This document shows positions 19,004 to 30,928 of a stretch of 64,000 nt of DNA, in pieces. The stretch is taken from the NCBI GenBank assembly GCA_965249835.1, contig CBDFMY010000003.1, positions 1,249,979 through 1,313,978 of the forward strand. Reading direction: 5' to 3'. Both the position numbers and the translations under genes were made by a program. Numbering within the stretch: position 1 is the first letter of the stretch; each line of letters begins with the position of its first letter. The notes below the pieces were generated by a model, which was not told where the DNA came from, ran no database searches, and saw nothing but the letters and a program-made list of their open reading frames with translations. Source of the DNA: Candidatus Poriferihabitaceae bacterium. GTDB lineage: Bacteria > Pseudomonadota > Gammaproteobacteria > Arenicellales > Poriferihabitantaceae.

Positions 19004-19270
19004 TCAGGGTGGGCTTTTACTGCGTGCCGCCGATTGCGCTTTGCGTCCTTGTCGGCGGCGGCGAAACCACAACACGATGGACAGGTAGCCGCGTCGCGCC
19101 CAGATAAAATCCAGAGACAGCACCAGCAGTCCGAGGGGCACCATCCAGAATCCGAGAATCGGCAGGGCTCCCAGCAGCCCGCCCAGTATCAACAGAATTC
19201 CGAAGATGATTCGCACGGTTGATGGCATCGACCGGAATGGTCGTATGATGAGTTTCAGGCGGCGGTGCAA
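19004..19270 (-). CDS. Small two-TM membrane protein, function unknown
   Basis: 88 aa with hydrophobic core IIFGILLILGGLLGALPILGFWMVPLGLLVLSL and a basic tail. No family assigned. Confidence 0.4.
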   Translation of the reverse strand: MHRRLKLIIRPFRSMPSTVRIIFGILLILGGLLGALPILGFWMVPLGLLVLSLDFIWARRGYLSIVLWFRRRRQGRKAQSAARSKSPP

Positions 19271-19360
19271 CTGCGGGAGTTCTCCAGTATGGTTGGCTGC
19301 GCTATGATTGCGATTGGCGAATGATGCTTTTTCATGATGCTTTGACGGGTTCCGAATGTT

Positions 19361-20191
19361 ATGCGCTACGAGTTCACAAAAATGCAGTCCCTCGGCAACG
19401 ATTTTATCGTATTTGACGGCGTGTCCGATGAATTAAATGTGACTTCACAAATCGCTCGTCGCCTCGCTGACCGGCATTTCGGCATCGGTTGCGATCAGGT
19501 TCTGCTGGTGCAGCCCGACCACGATGGTGCCGGAGAATTTCTGTTCAGGATTTTCAATCACGATGGCAGCGAAGTGGAGCAATGCGGCAACGGTGCTCGT
19601 TGTCTCGCCCGTTTTCTGTCTGACCGCGGGCTGGCAACGGCTCCGACGATTCGGGCGCGAACCGAAACGCAAACCCTGACGCTGACTTTGAACGACGATG
19701 AGTCGGTCACGGTGGCCATGGGCGTGCCGGAGTTCACCCCGTCTAACATCCCGTTCCACGCCGAGCGTGCGGCGGACACCTACAGACTGGACTTGAATGG
19801 CGTTGACGCGGAAATTTCCGCGCTCGCGATTGGCAATCCGCACGCGGTGCGGCGCGTGGAAGACATCGCCCGGGCGCCGGTGGCGAGCGACGGGCCGCTG
19901 ATGGAAAATCATCCACGCTTTCCGGCACGGGTCAACGCCGGTTTTATGCAAGTCGTCGCCCGCAATCACATCCGGCTGCGCGTGCACGAGCGCGGCGTCG
20001 GCGAGACCCTGGGCTGCGGCAGCGGTGCCTGCGCGGCGGTGGCCACCGGAGTCAATCTCGGTTGGCTCGACCACCGCGTGAAAGTGTCGCTACCCGGCGG
20101 CGATGCCGAGGTGGAATGGCAAGGGCGCGGCCATCCGATTTTCCTGACCGGCACCGCCCACACCGTTTTTTGCGGCGGCATTGATTGGTAA
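19361..20191 (+). CDS. dapF: Diaminopimelate epimerase
   Basis: FTKMQSLGNDFIVFD, NHDGSEVEQCGNGARC, ERGVGETLGCGSGACA (both catalytic Cys contexts). Confidence 0.9.
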   Translation: MRYEFTKMQSLGNDFIVFDGVSDELNVTSQIARRLADRHFGIGCDQVLLVQPDHDGAGEFLFRIFNHDGSEVEQCGNGARCLARFLSDRGLATAPTIRARTETQTLTLTLNDDESVTVAMGVPEFTPSNIPFHAERAADTYRLDLNGVDAEISALAIGNPHAVRRVEDIARAPVASDGPLMENHPRFPARVNAGFMQVVARNHIRLRVHERGVGETLGCGSGACAAVATGVNLGWLDHRVKVSLPGGDAEVEWQGRGHPIFLTGTAHTVFCGGIDW

Positions 20192-20238
20192 AAATCAGTA
20201 CAATCAACCGGCCCAATCAACCGACCCGTCCTCCACCC

Positions 20239-20934
20239 ATGCCCAAATCCCGGGAAGTTGCGGATTACCTCAAGGCGCATCCTGAATTCTTTGCCGAGTA
20301 TCCGGATTTGCTCGCCGCCAACCTGCCGGCGGCAGCGGATGCCGTGCCTGCGCATAAACGCATTCACGAGCGGCAGGTGCAGGCGTTGCGCGAGCGTAAT
20401 CATCGCCAGCAAGCGCGGTTTGACCAGGTGTTGGACACCGCTCGAAGCAATCAGGATCTTGACTTCGGATTGCATCAAATCGCGGTTGCCTTGTTGAACC
20501 CGGATGATATGGATGCCAAAGACCCGACCGCGCCCGGAGCACTGGTGAAGTCCCGGTTTGATATGGATGAGGTGGCGATTTTTCTATCGGCCCCATTATC
20601 TACCAAGGCGAACGCGAAAAAATCCGGGCAAAAAACCAAACAAAAAATACCTGACGCGCAGGTGGACTACGAGCGACTCAGCCAACGCGTGGAACATCTC
20701 GGCAGCGTTTGCGATGACCGGGTGTCGAGCCAATTGGGCACGGCGTTGTTTCCGGATGCCGCCGCCATCGCCTCGTGCGCTTTCGTCCCCATCACCCACC
20801 AACAAAAACTATACGGCGTGATGGTGCTCGGCTCCGCCGACCGCGAACGCTTCCAACCCGACATGGGGGTGCTGATTCTCGACCGCCTCGGGCAATTGCT
20901 CGGTGCTTATCTGGCCGGACGCGGCTTGGTCTAA
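20239..20934 (+). CDS. DUF484 family protein (YigA-like)
   Basis: VADYLKAHPEFFAEYPDLL start typical of DUF484; conserved dapF-DUF484-xerC order. Confidence 0.7.
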   Translation: MPKSREVADYLKAHPEFFAEYPDLLAANLPAAADAVPAHKRIHERQVQALRERNHRQQARFDQVLDTARSNQDLDFGLHQIAVALLNPDDMDAKDPTAPGALVKSRFDMDEVAIFLSAPLSTKANAKKSGQKTKQKIPDAQVDYERLSQRVEHLGSVCDDRVSSQLGTALFPDAAAIASCAFVPITHQQKLYGVMVLGSADRERFQPDMGVLILDRLGQLLGAYLAGRGLV

Positions 20935-20965
20935 GCGCGTCTCGAATGACTTGAACCAGTCAAAC

Positions 20966-21859
20966 ATGCAACCCACCGACCCCGTGCGTGAATTTCTTGC
21001 GCACCTCGCGCGCCATCGGCGGCTGTCTCCCCACACCGTGAATGCCTATCGCCGCGACCTTGGGCGGCTGGCTACGTTTGTCGAGACTGCCGCCGCCGGA
21101 AGTTGGCGCGATTTGTCCGCCAAACAAGCGCGTGCGTTTCCGGCAAAGTTGCATCAGTCGGGGCTATCCGGGCGTAGCATCGCGCGTATGTTGTCCGCCG
21201 CCCGGACGTTTTACCGCCATCTGATTAAAACCGGGGATGCCGCCTCCAACCCCTTTGATGGAATCAGTGCACCGAAGTCGGGACGCAGATTGCCGGCGAC
21301 CCTGAGCGTCGACCAGTTGGATGCGTTACTGGAGCAACACGATGGCAGCGTGTTGTCTATCCGCGACCGCGCCATGCTGGAACTTTTTTATTCCTCCGGA
21401 CTGCGCTTGTCCGAGTTGGTAGCGTTGGATGAAACCGCCATTGATTTCCAACAAAATCAAGTTATCGTCACTGGCAAAGGCAACAAGCAACGCATCGTTC
21501 CGGTCGGGCGCAAAGCCGCGCACGCGGTTTCGGAATGGTTGCCATGTCGCGCATCCATCGCCGCACCCGGCGAGGTCGCGCTATTCGTCAACAACAACGG
21601 CGCACGACTCGGCGCGCGCGGAATTCAATATCGACTTAATCGGTGGGCGAAACAACACGGTCTCGGGCAACGCTTGCACCCGCACATGCTGCGTCATTCC
21701 TTCGCCAGCCATGTGCTCGCTTCCAGCGGCGATTTGCGTGCGGTGCAGGAAATGCTCGGACACGCCGACATCGCCACCACCCAGATTTACACCCATCTCA
21801 ATTTCCAGCATCTTGCCAGGGTTTATGATAAGGCGCATCCACGCGCACGCAAGAAGTGA
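20966..21859 (+). CDS. xerC: Tyrosine recombinase XerC
   Basis: [23 protein letters not shown]; C-terminal [12 protein letters not shown]...[14 protein letters not shown] catalytic R-H-R-Y region. Confidence 0.9.
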   Translation: MQPTDPVREFLAHLARHRRLSPHTVNAYRRDLGRLATFVETAAAGSWRDLSAKQARAFPAKLHQSGLSGRSIARMLSAARTFYRHLIKTGDAASNPFDGISAPKSGRRLPATLSVDQLDALLEQHDGSVLSIRDRAMLELFYSSGLRLSELVALDETAIDFQQNQVIVTGKGNKQRIVPVGRKAAHAVSEWLPCRASIAAPGEVALFVNNNGARLGARGIQYRLNRWAKQHGLGQRLHPHMLRHSFASHVLASSGDLRAVQEMLGHADIATTQIYTHLNFQHLARVYDKAHPRARKK

Positions 21860-21877
21860 CGCTGCCCCATTTTTATT

Positions 21878-21920
21878 ATGGTCGCAATGCTGTGTTGTGG
21901 TGCGTTGCGTTGCCGTTACT
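21878..21920. repeat. Short degenerate fragment of repeat module B
   Basis: atggtcgcaatgctgtgttgtggtgcgttgcgttgccgttact aligns with atggtcgttttgctgtgtagtgttgcgttgcgttgtcgcttact at 54250-54293. Confidence 0.4.
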
Positions 21921-22044
21921 ACAAACCATCATTGCCCATCATTGCCATGGGCGAACATCGTGCGATAAACTGCGCACGATTTTTTGCCCCGGTTTTGACG
22001 GATAATCGCGGGTGACTTTTACCTTTTTCTTCGGAGCATAGTTA

Positions 22045-24057
<2,013 letters not shown>

Positions 24058-24089
24058 GTTGAGAAAATCGCAATGTGGAGAGATTTGTC

Positions 24090-24557
24090 ATGACAGGAAA
24101 AATTATCAACCACCACTACACCGAATGCGGATTGCCGAATGTGTGGATTCGGTGTCGTCAGATAATTGATGATGCCGGAGAAAAGGCAATCATCATTTCC
24201 AATATCGGGAGTTTGCATAAATCAATCGCACACAAAATCGTAGTCGCCGATGGCGCTTTGACTGGTGCGGAAATAAAATTTCTGCGCTCCGAGATGGGTT
24301 GGACGCAAGCACAACTGGCCGAGATTGTGCACTGCCAACGGCTGACCATTTCCCGCTGGGAGAACGGCGAAAGCACAATCAACGGCGCGGCCGATTCATT
24401 CATCCGCATGCTGGCGATCGATAAACTAAAACTCAACAAACTCGCCGCGGAAAAGATCAGCCGCAAGTATAAAAATGTGAGTAACGAGAAATCTCGGAAG
24501 AAAATACCTATTCAAATCGGCGGAGTAAATGTAGCGCGTTGTCGGTTGGCGGCTTAA
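24090..24557 (+). CDS. XRE-family HTH protein with MqsA-like antitoxin architecture (no adjacent toxin)
   Basis: [39 protein letters not shown] (HTH_3-type). GGAGA lies 8 nt upstream of the ATG at 24090. AT-rich; bracketed by the 37-bp repeats. Confidence 0.65.
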   Translation: MTGKIINHHYTECGLPNVWIRCRQIIDDAGEKAIIISNIGSLHKSIAHKIVVADGALTGAEIKFLRSEMGWTQAQLAEIVHCQRLTISRWENGESTINGAADSFIRMLAIDKLKLNKLAAEKISRKYKNVSNEKSRKKIPIQIGGVNVARCRLAA

Positions 24558-24576
24558 GGATTAGTTGCGTGGAGTA

Positions 24577-24613
24577 GCGATTGTCAGTTTGGTGATTGCG
24601 CCGTTGTTGTAGG
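24577..24613 (+). repeat. 37-bp direct repeat, copy 2
   Basis: Identical to 24022-24058, 555 bp downstream. Confidence 0.95.
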
Positions 24614-24689
24614 CGGGGTTACATCATCTTTGATTTTCTGCTAATGTTTCCGTACGTAATATCAGCATTTCACCCATTGGAGATTCAAC

Positions 24690-24866
24690 ATGTTTTCCTT
24701 GTTTAAGAAAAAGCCAACAACGAGCAGTGCTCTTTCAGAGTTCATGCGCAATGCTTCTTCGCGGGAAAAAAAACGCGCGTTCAAAAAAATTATCGAAGAG
24801 TCAATCAAAGAACAGCAGAAAATCATCGATATGGCAGATCAGATGGATGCCGAAAAGCGCGCATGA
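24690..24866 (+). CDS. Small basic protein (58 aa), candidate antitoxin/partner of the downstream zeta-like kinase
   Basis: Not in the ORF track (under 60 aa). ATG at 24690 preceded by ttggagattcaac. Reads MFSLFKKKPTTSSALSEFMRNASSREKKRAFKKIIEESIKEQQKIIDMADQMDAEKRA. Same strand, 65 nt upstream of the zeta-like gene. Confidence 0.45.
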   Translation: MFSLFKKKPTTSSALSEFMRNASSREKKRAFKKIIEESIKEQQKIIDMADQMDAEKRA

Positions 24867-24931
24867 TTTTCTCGTTGCGTTGACGGTTCAGGGAATATAG
24901 CCGACAACACCAGACACATGGACGATGGATA

Positions 24932-25630
24932 ATGGATAACGCCGAAGCGATTACTGCCCGGGCGGTGCAGTTCGCCAAAGATAATTGCAAGGAAATTACC
25001 CGACGGGCGATAGCAGGGTTTTCGCAGGAAAGTGATCCTGTTTCTATTTTTATGGCGGGTTCGCCCGGGGCAGGTAAAACCGAGGCTTCAAAAAAACTAT
25101 TAAAAAACCATGGTGATATATTGCGCATTGACGCTGACGAGTTACGCGAACATTTCAGGGAATGTGGTTACGATGGAAAAAATTCACATCTTTTTCAGAA
25201 AGCCGCGACCAGATTAGTGCATGAAATACATGACGCTGCCTTAAAAAGTAAAATCAGTTTTTTACTCGATGGCACTTTCGCCGGCGAACCCATGGCGAGA
25301 CAAAATATTCAAAGGTCATTGAAACGAGACCGAGATGTATTTGTTTTGTTTGTGTATCAATCCCCATTGACTGCATGGGTTTTTGTGCAAAAACGCGAAA
25401 AGGTGGAAGGACGACGCATACAACCACAAGATTTCGCGGAAAAGTTTTGCGCATCAAGAAAAGTGGTGAACAAGATGAAGGCGGAGTTTGGAAATAAAAT
25501 TGAATTGTCGCTGGTGCAGAAAAACATTGACGGCACCAACAAAATTTTTAAAGAGAGCATTCAACGAATCGATGATCATATTCCAGAAAAATACAGCGAA
25601 GAGCAAATACTGAAAGAAATTTTGGGTTAG
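24932..25630 (+). CDS. Zeta-toxin-family P-loop kinase
   Basis: Walker A FMAGSPGAGKTE followed by ILRIDADELREHF, then LLDGTF: the layout of Zeta_toxin/PezT-like kinases. AT-rich. Confidence 0.65.
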   Translation: MDNAEAITARAVQFAKDNCKEITRRAIAGFSQESDPVSIFMAGSPGAGKTEASKKLLKNHGDILRIDADELREHFRECGYDGKNSHLFQKAATRLVHEIHDAALKSKISFLLDGTFAGEPMARQNIQRSLKRDRDVFVLFVYQSPLTAWVFVQKREKVEGRRIQPQDFAEKFCASRKVVNKMKAEFGNKIELSLVQKNIDGTNKIFKESIQRIDDHIPEKYSEEQILKEILG

Positions 25631-25644
25631 CGAGACTGATTATT

Positions 25645-26607
25645 ATGAACACAAAAATTGGGAAAATCCGCAAGGTTGCTTTGCGCGAACTCTGGAAAAG
25701 GGAGGATACAAACTTTACCCAGTGGCTCGAAGAAAACATCGATTACCTGACCGATGTCATTGGTTTCAATATCACCGTTGAATCGCGGGAAAAGAAGGTC
25801 GGGCCGTTCAGTGTTGATTTATATGGCGAGGACGATAATGGCGATAAAGTCATTATCGAAAATCAACTGGAAAAAACAGATCACACTCATCTCGGGCAAA
25901 TACTTACTTACCTGACAAACCTTGAGGCAAAGACCGCAATCTGGATTTCGAGCGATCCCGTTGAAGAGCATAAGAAAGCAATTGAGTGGTTAAATGAAAC
26001 GACCCCGGACGATATTTCTTTTTACTTGATACAACTGGAGGTTATAAAAATCGATGGCGAATCGGTGGCAGCACCTTTGTTCACTGTTATCAAGAAACCG
26101 AATATTGAAACTAAACAAATTGGGGATGAAAAAAAGAAATCCTCACATCGGCATACTTTGCTTTACAAATTTTGGGAGCAATTTATTGGAAAAATAAATG
26201 AAAAAAGTCCTATTTATCAAAATATCAGTCCAGGGAAGAACCATTGGCTACCAGTATCGCTTGGCATGAGTGGGGTAAGTATGAATCTGGTTGTGTCCAA
26301 CAGACAAGCACGGGCGGAAATTTACATTGACACAGGAGACAAGGAGAAAAACGAAATCATATTTGATTTTTTCTTTGACAAAAAAGAGCAGATTGAATCT
26401 GATTTTGCGGACAAATTAAACTGGAAAAAATTGGAAAATAATCAGGCTTCCAAGGTTGAACATCAATTAAATAATGTCAGCTTTTCCAACGAAGAAGACT
26501 GGAACAAAATGACTGATTTTTTGATTGATTGTGCCATCATAATGCATCAGGCATTTCAGAAACATATACCGGAAATAAAGGAAAAACTAAAAACCGGCGT
26601 GGCGTAA
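25645..26607 (+). CDS. DUF4268-type protein with N-terminal PD-(D/E)xK-like nuclease core
   Basis: VDLYGEDDNGDKVIIENQLEKTDHTHLGQILTYL is characteristic of the nuclease-like N-domain seen with DUF4268. The start lies 14 nt downstream of the zeta-like gene stop. Confidence 0.55.
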   Translation: MNTKIGKIRKVALRELWKREDTNFTQWLEENIDYLTDVIGFNITVESREKKVGPFSVDLYGEDDNGDKVIIENQLEKTDHTHLGQILTYLTNLEAKTAIWISSDPVEEHKKAIEWLNETTPDDISFYLIQLEVIKIDGESVAAPLFTVIKKPNIETKQIGDEKKKSSHRHTLLYKFWEQFIGKINEKSPIYQNISPGKNHWLPVSLGMSGVSMNLVVSNRQARAEIYIDTGDKEKNEIIFDFFFDKKEQIESDFADKLNWKKLENNQASKVEHQLNNVSFSNEEDWNKMTDFLIDCAIIMHQAFQKHIPEIKEKLKTGVA

Positions 26608-26623
26608 TTTTCATTGCACATTT

Positions 26624-26812
26624 TCACAACTCTTCCCCAACCACAAAATCAAAAACTCGATTCAACTCCAGCTCCACAATCAAATCATCCGCCGCTTTCC
26701 GACCATGTTCGCGCACGACTTCGGCGAGAATCAGTTTGGCCGAGTGGCGGTTATACGAGCCGCCGAAATCGACTTGCACCTGCAACAACTCGCGCGCTTT
26801 ATTCAGCGTCAT
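26624..26812 (-). CDS. Small conserved-looking hypothetical protein translationally coupled to pfp
   Basis: The ATG at 26812 overlaps the pfp stop (ATGA). GC content matches the core genome. No family recognised. Confidence 0.4.
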   Translation of the reverse strand: MTLNKARELLQVQVDFGGSYNRHSAKLILAEVVREHGRKAADDLIVELELNRVFDFVVGEEL

Positions 26813-28062
26813 AACTTAAATACCGATGTTAGTTTTTTGGGTACCGGCGTGTTTTTTAATTGCACATAATCCGGCAAACTATTTTTATACGGCGGATAAT
26901 CTTCGCCCCGCATCAACGGCGCGAGGTATGCGCGACATTTGCGCGTGATGCCAAAACCATCTTTGTCGATAAAACTTCGCGGCATCATTTTTTCCACATT
27001 GGCAACGCGCCCCAGCTTGGCGGCGCCGATCTTCCAGCGATAGGGTTTGTTGCCGGTGCGCACGATGGTCGGCATCACCGCGTTATCGCCGGCCAGCGCC
27101 ATTTTCACCGCGGCCTTGCCGACCGCGTATGCTTGCTCCACATCGGTTTTTGAGGCGATATGCCGCGCCGAGCGTTGCATATAATCCGCCACCGCCCAAT
27201 GAAATTTGTAACCCAAATCTTGTTTGACCATATTGGCCACAACCGGCGCGACGCCACCTAACTGCGCGTGGCCAAAGGCGTCCACCAAGCCCTGATCGGA
27301 GAGAAGCCGGTCGCGCCGGTCGCGCACACCTTCGGAGACGACGATGGAAACATAGCCGTGTTCGCGTACCATGCGTTTCACTCGCGTCATGAATTTTTTT
27401 CGATGGAACGGAATCTCCGGGAACAACACGATAATCGGAATTTCGATGTCGTCGTCCGCCGCCATCGCGCCGGCCGCGGCGATCCATCCGGCGTGTCGCC
27501 CCATGACTTCCAGCACAAAAACTTTGGTCGAAGTTTTTGCCATGGCGGCGACATCAAAACTCGCTTCGCGCACCGACACGGCGATGTATTTCGCCACCGA
27601 ACCGAAGCCCGGACAGTTGTCGGTGATGGGCAAATCGTTATCCACGGTTTTTGGAATGTGAATCGCTTGTAGCGGATATTTCATGCGGCGTGATAATCGC
27701 GAAATTTTCAGGCAGGTGTCGGCGGAATCGCCGCCGCCGTTGTAAAGAAAATAACCAATGTCGTGCGCCGCAAATACTTCAATCAATCGCGCATACTCGC
27801 GCTCGCTTTCGCTTTGCAATTTATAACGGCACGAACCGAATGCGCCGGACGGCGTGTGGCGCAGTTTGCGAATCACGGCGGCGCTGATGCGTGATGTGTC
27901 GATCAAGTCTTCGGTGAGTGCGCCGATGATACCATCGCGCCCGGCAAACACTTTGCCGATTTTGTTTTTATGTTTACGTGCGGTTTCAATCACGCCGGCG
28001 GCGCTGGCGTTAATCACCGCCGTGACCCCGCCGGACTGCGCGTAAAAAATATTTCTTTTCAT
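26809..28062 (-). CDS. pfp: Pyrophosphate-dependent 6-phosphofructokinase
   Basis: FYAQSGGVTAVINASAAGV, IPKTVDNDL, MGRHAGWIAA PFK-family motifs; about 417 aa, the PPi-PFK type seen next to hppA in methanotroph and sulfur-oxidiser genomes. Confidence 0.85.
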   Translation of the reverse strand: MKRNIFYAQSGGVTAVINASAAGVIETARKHKNKIGKVFAGRDGIIGALTEDLIDTSRISAAVIRKLRHTPSGAFGSCRYKLQSESEREYARLIEVFAAHDIGYFLYNGGGDSADTCLKISRLSRRMKYPLQAIHIPKTVDNDLPITDNCPGFGSVAKYIAVSVREASFDVAAMAKTSTKVFVLEVMGRHAGWIAAAGAMAADDDIEIPIIVLFPEIPFHRKKFMTRVKRMVREHGYVSIVVSEGVRDRRDRLLSDQGLVDAFGHAQLGGVAPVVANMVKQDLGYKFHWAVADYMQRSARHIASKTDVEQAYAVGKAAVKMALAGDNAVMPTIVRTGNKPYRWKIGAAKLGRVANVEKMMPRSFIDKDGFGITRKCRAYLAPLMRGEDYPPYKNSLPDYVQLKNTPVPKKLTSVFKL

Positions 28063-28454
28063 GATTTTATGGATGCGCCGGTGCTACCGGAATCCACGCC
28101 GTGCCGCTCGCGCTCGTGGTCGGCTTGAGTTTGCAACACCGCGGCGACGCACTCATCAAGGTTGTCGTATTCATCGATTCCGGTGCCGTATTGTTCGTGC
28201 GGCGTATAGAAAAATTGCGTGCGATAACGTGTCGCGTCAATCTTGATCACCACAAAATTTGCATCACGCGCATGCCAATATACGGTCGGGCAACTGGTCG
28301 CGCCGGCATCATCAGGCGCGTCATCACGCTCGTCGTCATGCTCGTCCAGCAGCAATTCGCAATCGGCCAATTCAATTTCCACTGCCTGTTTATACCGCTG
28401 CATCAACATCTCGCGGATGATGTGAATTTCGGTGTCGGTAAACTCAGATGACAT
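28059..28454 (-). CDS. Acidic hypothetical protein, first gene of the pfp operon
   Basis: The stop overlaps the pfp ATG (ATGA). The start at 28454 (MSSEFTDTEIH) is preferred over the track start at 28547. No family recognised. Confidence 0.45.
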   Translation of the reverse strand: MSSEFTDTEIHIIREMLMQRYKQAVEIELADCELLLDEHDDERDDAPDDAGATSCPTVYWHARDANFVVIKIDATRYRTQFFYTPHEQYGTGIDEYDNLDECVAAVLQTQADHERERHGVDSGSTGASIKS

Positions 28455-28584
28455 GTTCGGATGCCGTGATGACCGGGAAAAATTTACGAGAGCAGATTTT
28501 ACAATAATTTTTGCGATGCGGGTGAAGCGCATGGCGTGATATGGCATAAAATATCAGGGCATAAATGGAGAATGAAAAAGGCAA

Positions 28585-29241
28585 ATGAGTAATCTCGCGT
28601 TTCAACAAAGTTTATTTCCAACAGAAAACAAACAGTCGCATGATTGCACGCGGCTTGTCGTGCCGCCGGAACAAATATGGTGCCTGCGCGCCGGTGGCGG
28701 GGATTATATTTCGGATTTCATTACCTCGGAGGAAGAAACCGATTTGCTCGCCGCGGTTGATCGCGAGATTTGGAAAAACGATTTGCGACGGCGGGTGCAA
28801 CATTATGGCTACCGTTACGATTACACCGAGCGTAATATTACTGCTAGTGACCGGCTTGGCTCGTTGCCGATTTGGGTGAGAGAAATTAGCGAGCGCTTGA
28901 CGACAAAAAAAATATTTCAATCGAAACCCGATCAGTTGATAGTAAATGAATATCAACCGGGGCAGGGCATCGCGCCGCATACTGACCGCGATTGTTTTGG
29001 CGCGGTGGTTGCCTCGCTATCACTGGGTAGCGACTGCATGATGGAAATTACGCCGCATGGTAAAAACAAGCAAGATGATTTTAGTATTGTGCTACAGCGT
29101 CTGAGTCTGGTTGTGTTTCAGGGGCGGAGCCGAAATGTTTGGCGACACAGTATCGCGCCACGAAAAAGCGACCAGCAAGATGGATTCAAAATACCGCGCC
29201 AACGGCGTGTATCGCTCACCTTCCGCACCGTTGCAATTTGA
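28585..29241 (+). CDS. AlkB-like Fe(II)/2-oxoglutarate-dependent dioxygenase
   Basis: NEYQPGQGIAPHTDRD (HxD), WRHSI (distal His), RVSLTFR (2OG-binding Arg). Confidence 0.75.
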   Translation: MSNLAFQQSLFPTENKQSHDCTRLVVPPEQIWCLRAGGGDYISDFITSEEETDLLAAVDREIWKNDLRRRVQHYGYRYDYTERNITASDRLGSLPIWVREISERLTTKKIFQSKPDQLIVNEYQPGQGIAPHTDRDCFGAVVASLSLGSDCMMEITPHGKNKQDDFSIVLQRLSLVVFQGRSRNVWRHSIAPRKSDQQDGFKIPRQRRVSLTFRTVAI

Positions 29242-29367
29242 GCGCACCTGCCCAGATTATGCTCCCTGGCATGCCCGGTGCTGACGAAAATGTAATCATC
29301 CGGTACATCAATACCGACTGCATAAGCTCAGATACTTTTGGCTCTCCTCAACCCAAGAGGAGATGCC

Positions 29368-29610
29368 ATGCAAGTCCAGCATATTGGCTACGGAATAAGA
29401 GGGTTTTACCGCGTTGCCAAAATCGGGCATCGTTGGGACATGAACCCTCATGCCCAAAAACGAATCGACATCCTGCGCTTCTGGGAAGTGCACGGTACCG
29501 CCGCCACCTGCGATGCCTTTGCAGTCAGCCGCCGCACTCTCTACCGCTGGCAGCAAACACTCGCCCAAGCCGGTGGCGACCATGATGCGCACATCGTCCC
29601 ATTGACATAA
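29368..29610 (+). pseudogene. N-terminal HTH fragment of a transposase (IS remnant)
   Basis: KRIDILRFWEVHGTAATCDAFAVSRRTLYRWQQTLAQAGGD resembles the HTH leader of DDE transposases/integrases. No catalytic domain follows. Confidence 0.45.
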
Positions 29611-29785
29611 AACCCCGCGCCACTAAAAAAGTGTCTGGCTTCCACAGGAACAGCGATCTCATCCCCGATTTTCAGGTCATTTATAAGTCTGGATAATTTT
29701 TCAATGAGATATAACTTGGGATAGCAAATAAGAATTTAAATGTATTTCTGTTGCGCAATCTTAATTTCGAGACAATTCCAGGCTT

Positions 29786-30700
29786 CTAACAAGCCCTGGA
29801 AACAATCCACTTGCTGAAAGGCCGACAATAATTTCTGACTTGCGGGTTTTGTGATTGTGTCAGGTAGTAGCCGCACCCAGTCGCAATCTTGTCCTGAAAA
29901 GGCGCGACCAGCAACCCTTTTTCCAGCGCATCGCTGGTTAAAACGTTGCTGGCCAAGGTAAAACCGTTTCCGAGTTCCGCGGACTTTAACGCCAAGTGCG
30001 CGTGATTGTAATGGGGTCCATCTTTGGTTTCTATATTGGTTGCAAGGGAATGTCGCTTGGCGGCTACTGAAATCCAGTCTTGCCAGAAAACACCCACGTT
30101 GTCATCGTGAATAAGCGTGAAATTCGACAAATCAGTCACGTCGATTGATTTCACGTTTTGTATAATTTCAGGACTGCACACCGGAAATATTTCTTCCGGG
30201 AATAATAACCGCGTGTTATTAGTGTTTGCGATCGCGTTGTGTTTTTTATCAGTCATGAATAATATTCCCAAGTCGGCTTCCGATGAACGCAAGCTATCCC
30301 GAAAATCATATGTAACTATTTTTATGGCTATATCCGGGTGAAGCGCCTCGAATTCCGACAAACGAGGGATTAGCCAGCGCGATGCGAACGAGTCCGTAGT
30401 TTGTATGGTGATGATCGCTTTATTTTTACGGCGATCGATTTCACTATTGGAGAATTTCTCCAACAGATCTAGCAGAGAACCCAGTTCCAGCATATAACGA
30501 ATTCCAAAATCGGTCAGCTCGATCGCGCGAGTGCTCCGCTCAAACAGCTTAAGACCCAACCAGTCTTCAAGAAAACGCACTTGATGGCTTATTGCGGAAG
30601 AGGTCACGCACAACTCATCCCCAGCTTTTTTAAAGCTTTTATTGCGCGCCGCGGACTCGAAAGCCACGATGGCGTTTAATGGCGGAAGTCTCCTTCTCAT
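29786..30700 (-). CDS. LysR-family transcriptional regulator (GcvA-like)
   Basis: LPPLNAIVAFESAARNKSFKKAGDELCVTSSAISHQVRFLEDWLGLKLFERSTR; AT-rich; divergent from the DMT transporter. Confidence 0.85.
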   Translation of the reverse strand: MRRRLPPLNAIVAFESAARNKSFKKAGDELCVTSSAISHQVRFLEDWLGLKLFERSTRAIELTDFGIRYMLELGSLLDLLEKFSNSEIDRRKNKAIITIQTTDSFASRWLIPRLSEFEALHPDIAIKIVTYDFRDSLRSSEADLGILFMTDKKHNAIANTNNTRLLFPEEIFPVCSPEIIQNVKSIDVTDLSNFTLIHDDNVGVFWQDWISVAAKRHSLATNIETKDGPHYNHAHLALKSAELGNGFTLASNVLTSDALEKGLLVAPFQDKIATGCGYYLTQSQNPQVRNYCRPFSKWIVSRAC

Positions 30701-30928
30701 TAGTTATTTCTCATGGGTCGTTCATTAATATGTATTCCTGAGATTTATTCAGCGTCCGGTTGAGTTTTTATCGTTTGCAAGCGTTCGCCAAACCCCATTA
30801 CTATTTCACACAGCGTAAACATTATTCATTCTGAAACTCGTCGATGGGAAGAACCAGACCATGGAAGTTATCGCGCAGAAAAATACACGCATGAGGCTTG
30901 TTTTTTCATCATTGAGCGTATTTAGTTT

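Noticed and set aside
29778-29805. Imperfect hairpin ccaggctt-ctaac-aagccctgg at the LysR gene 3' end as a terminator
   Set aside because: It overlaps the stop codon, has a bulged stem, and is not followed by a T-run in the direction of transcription.
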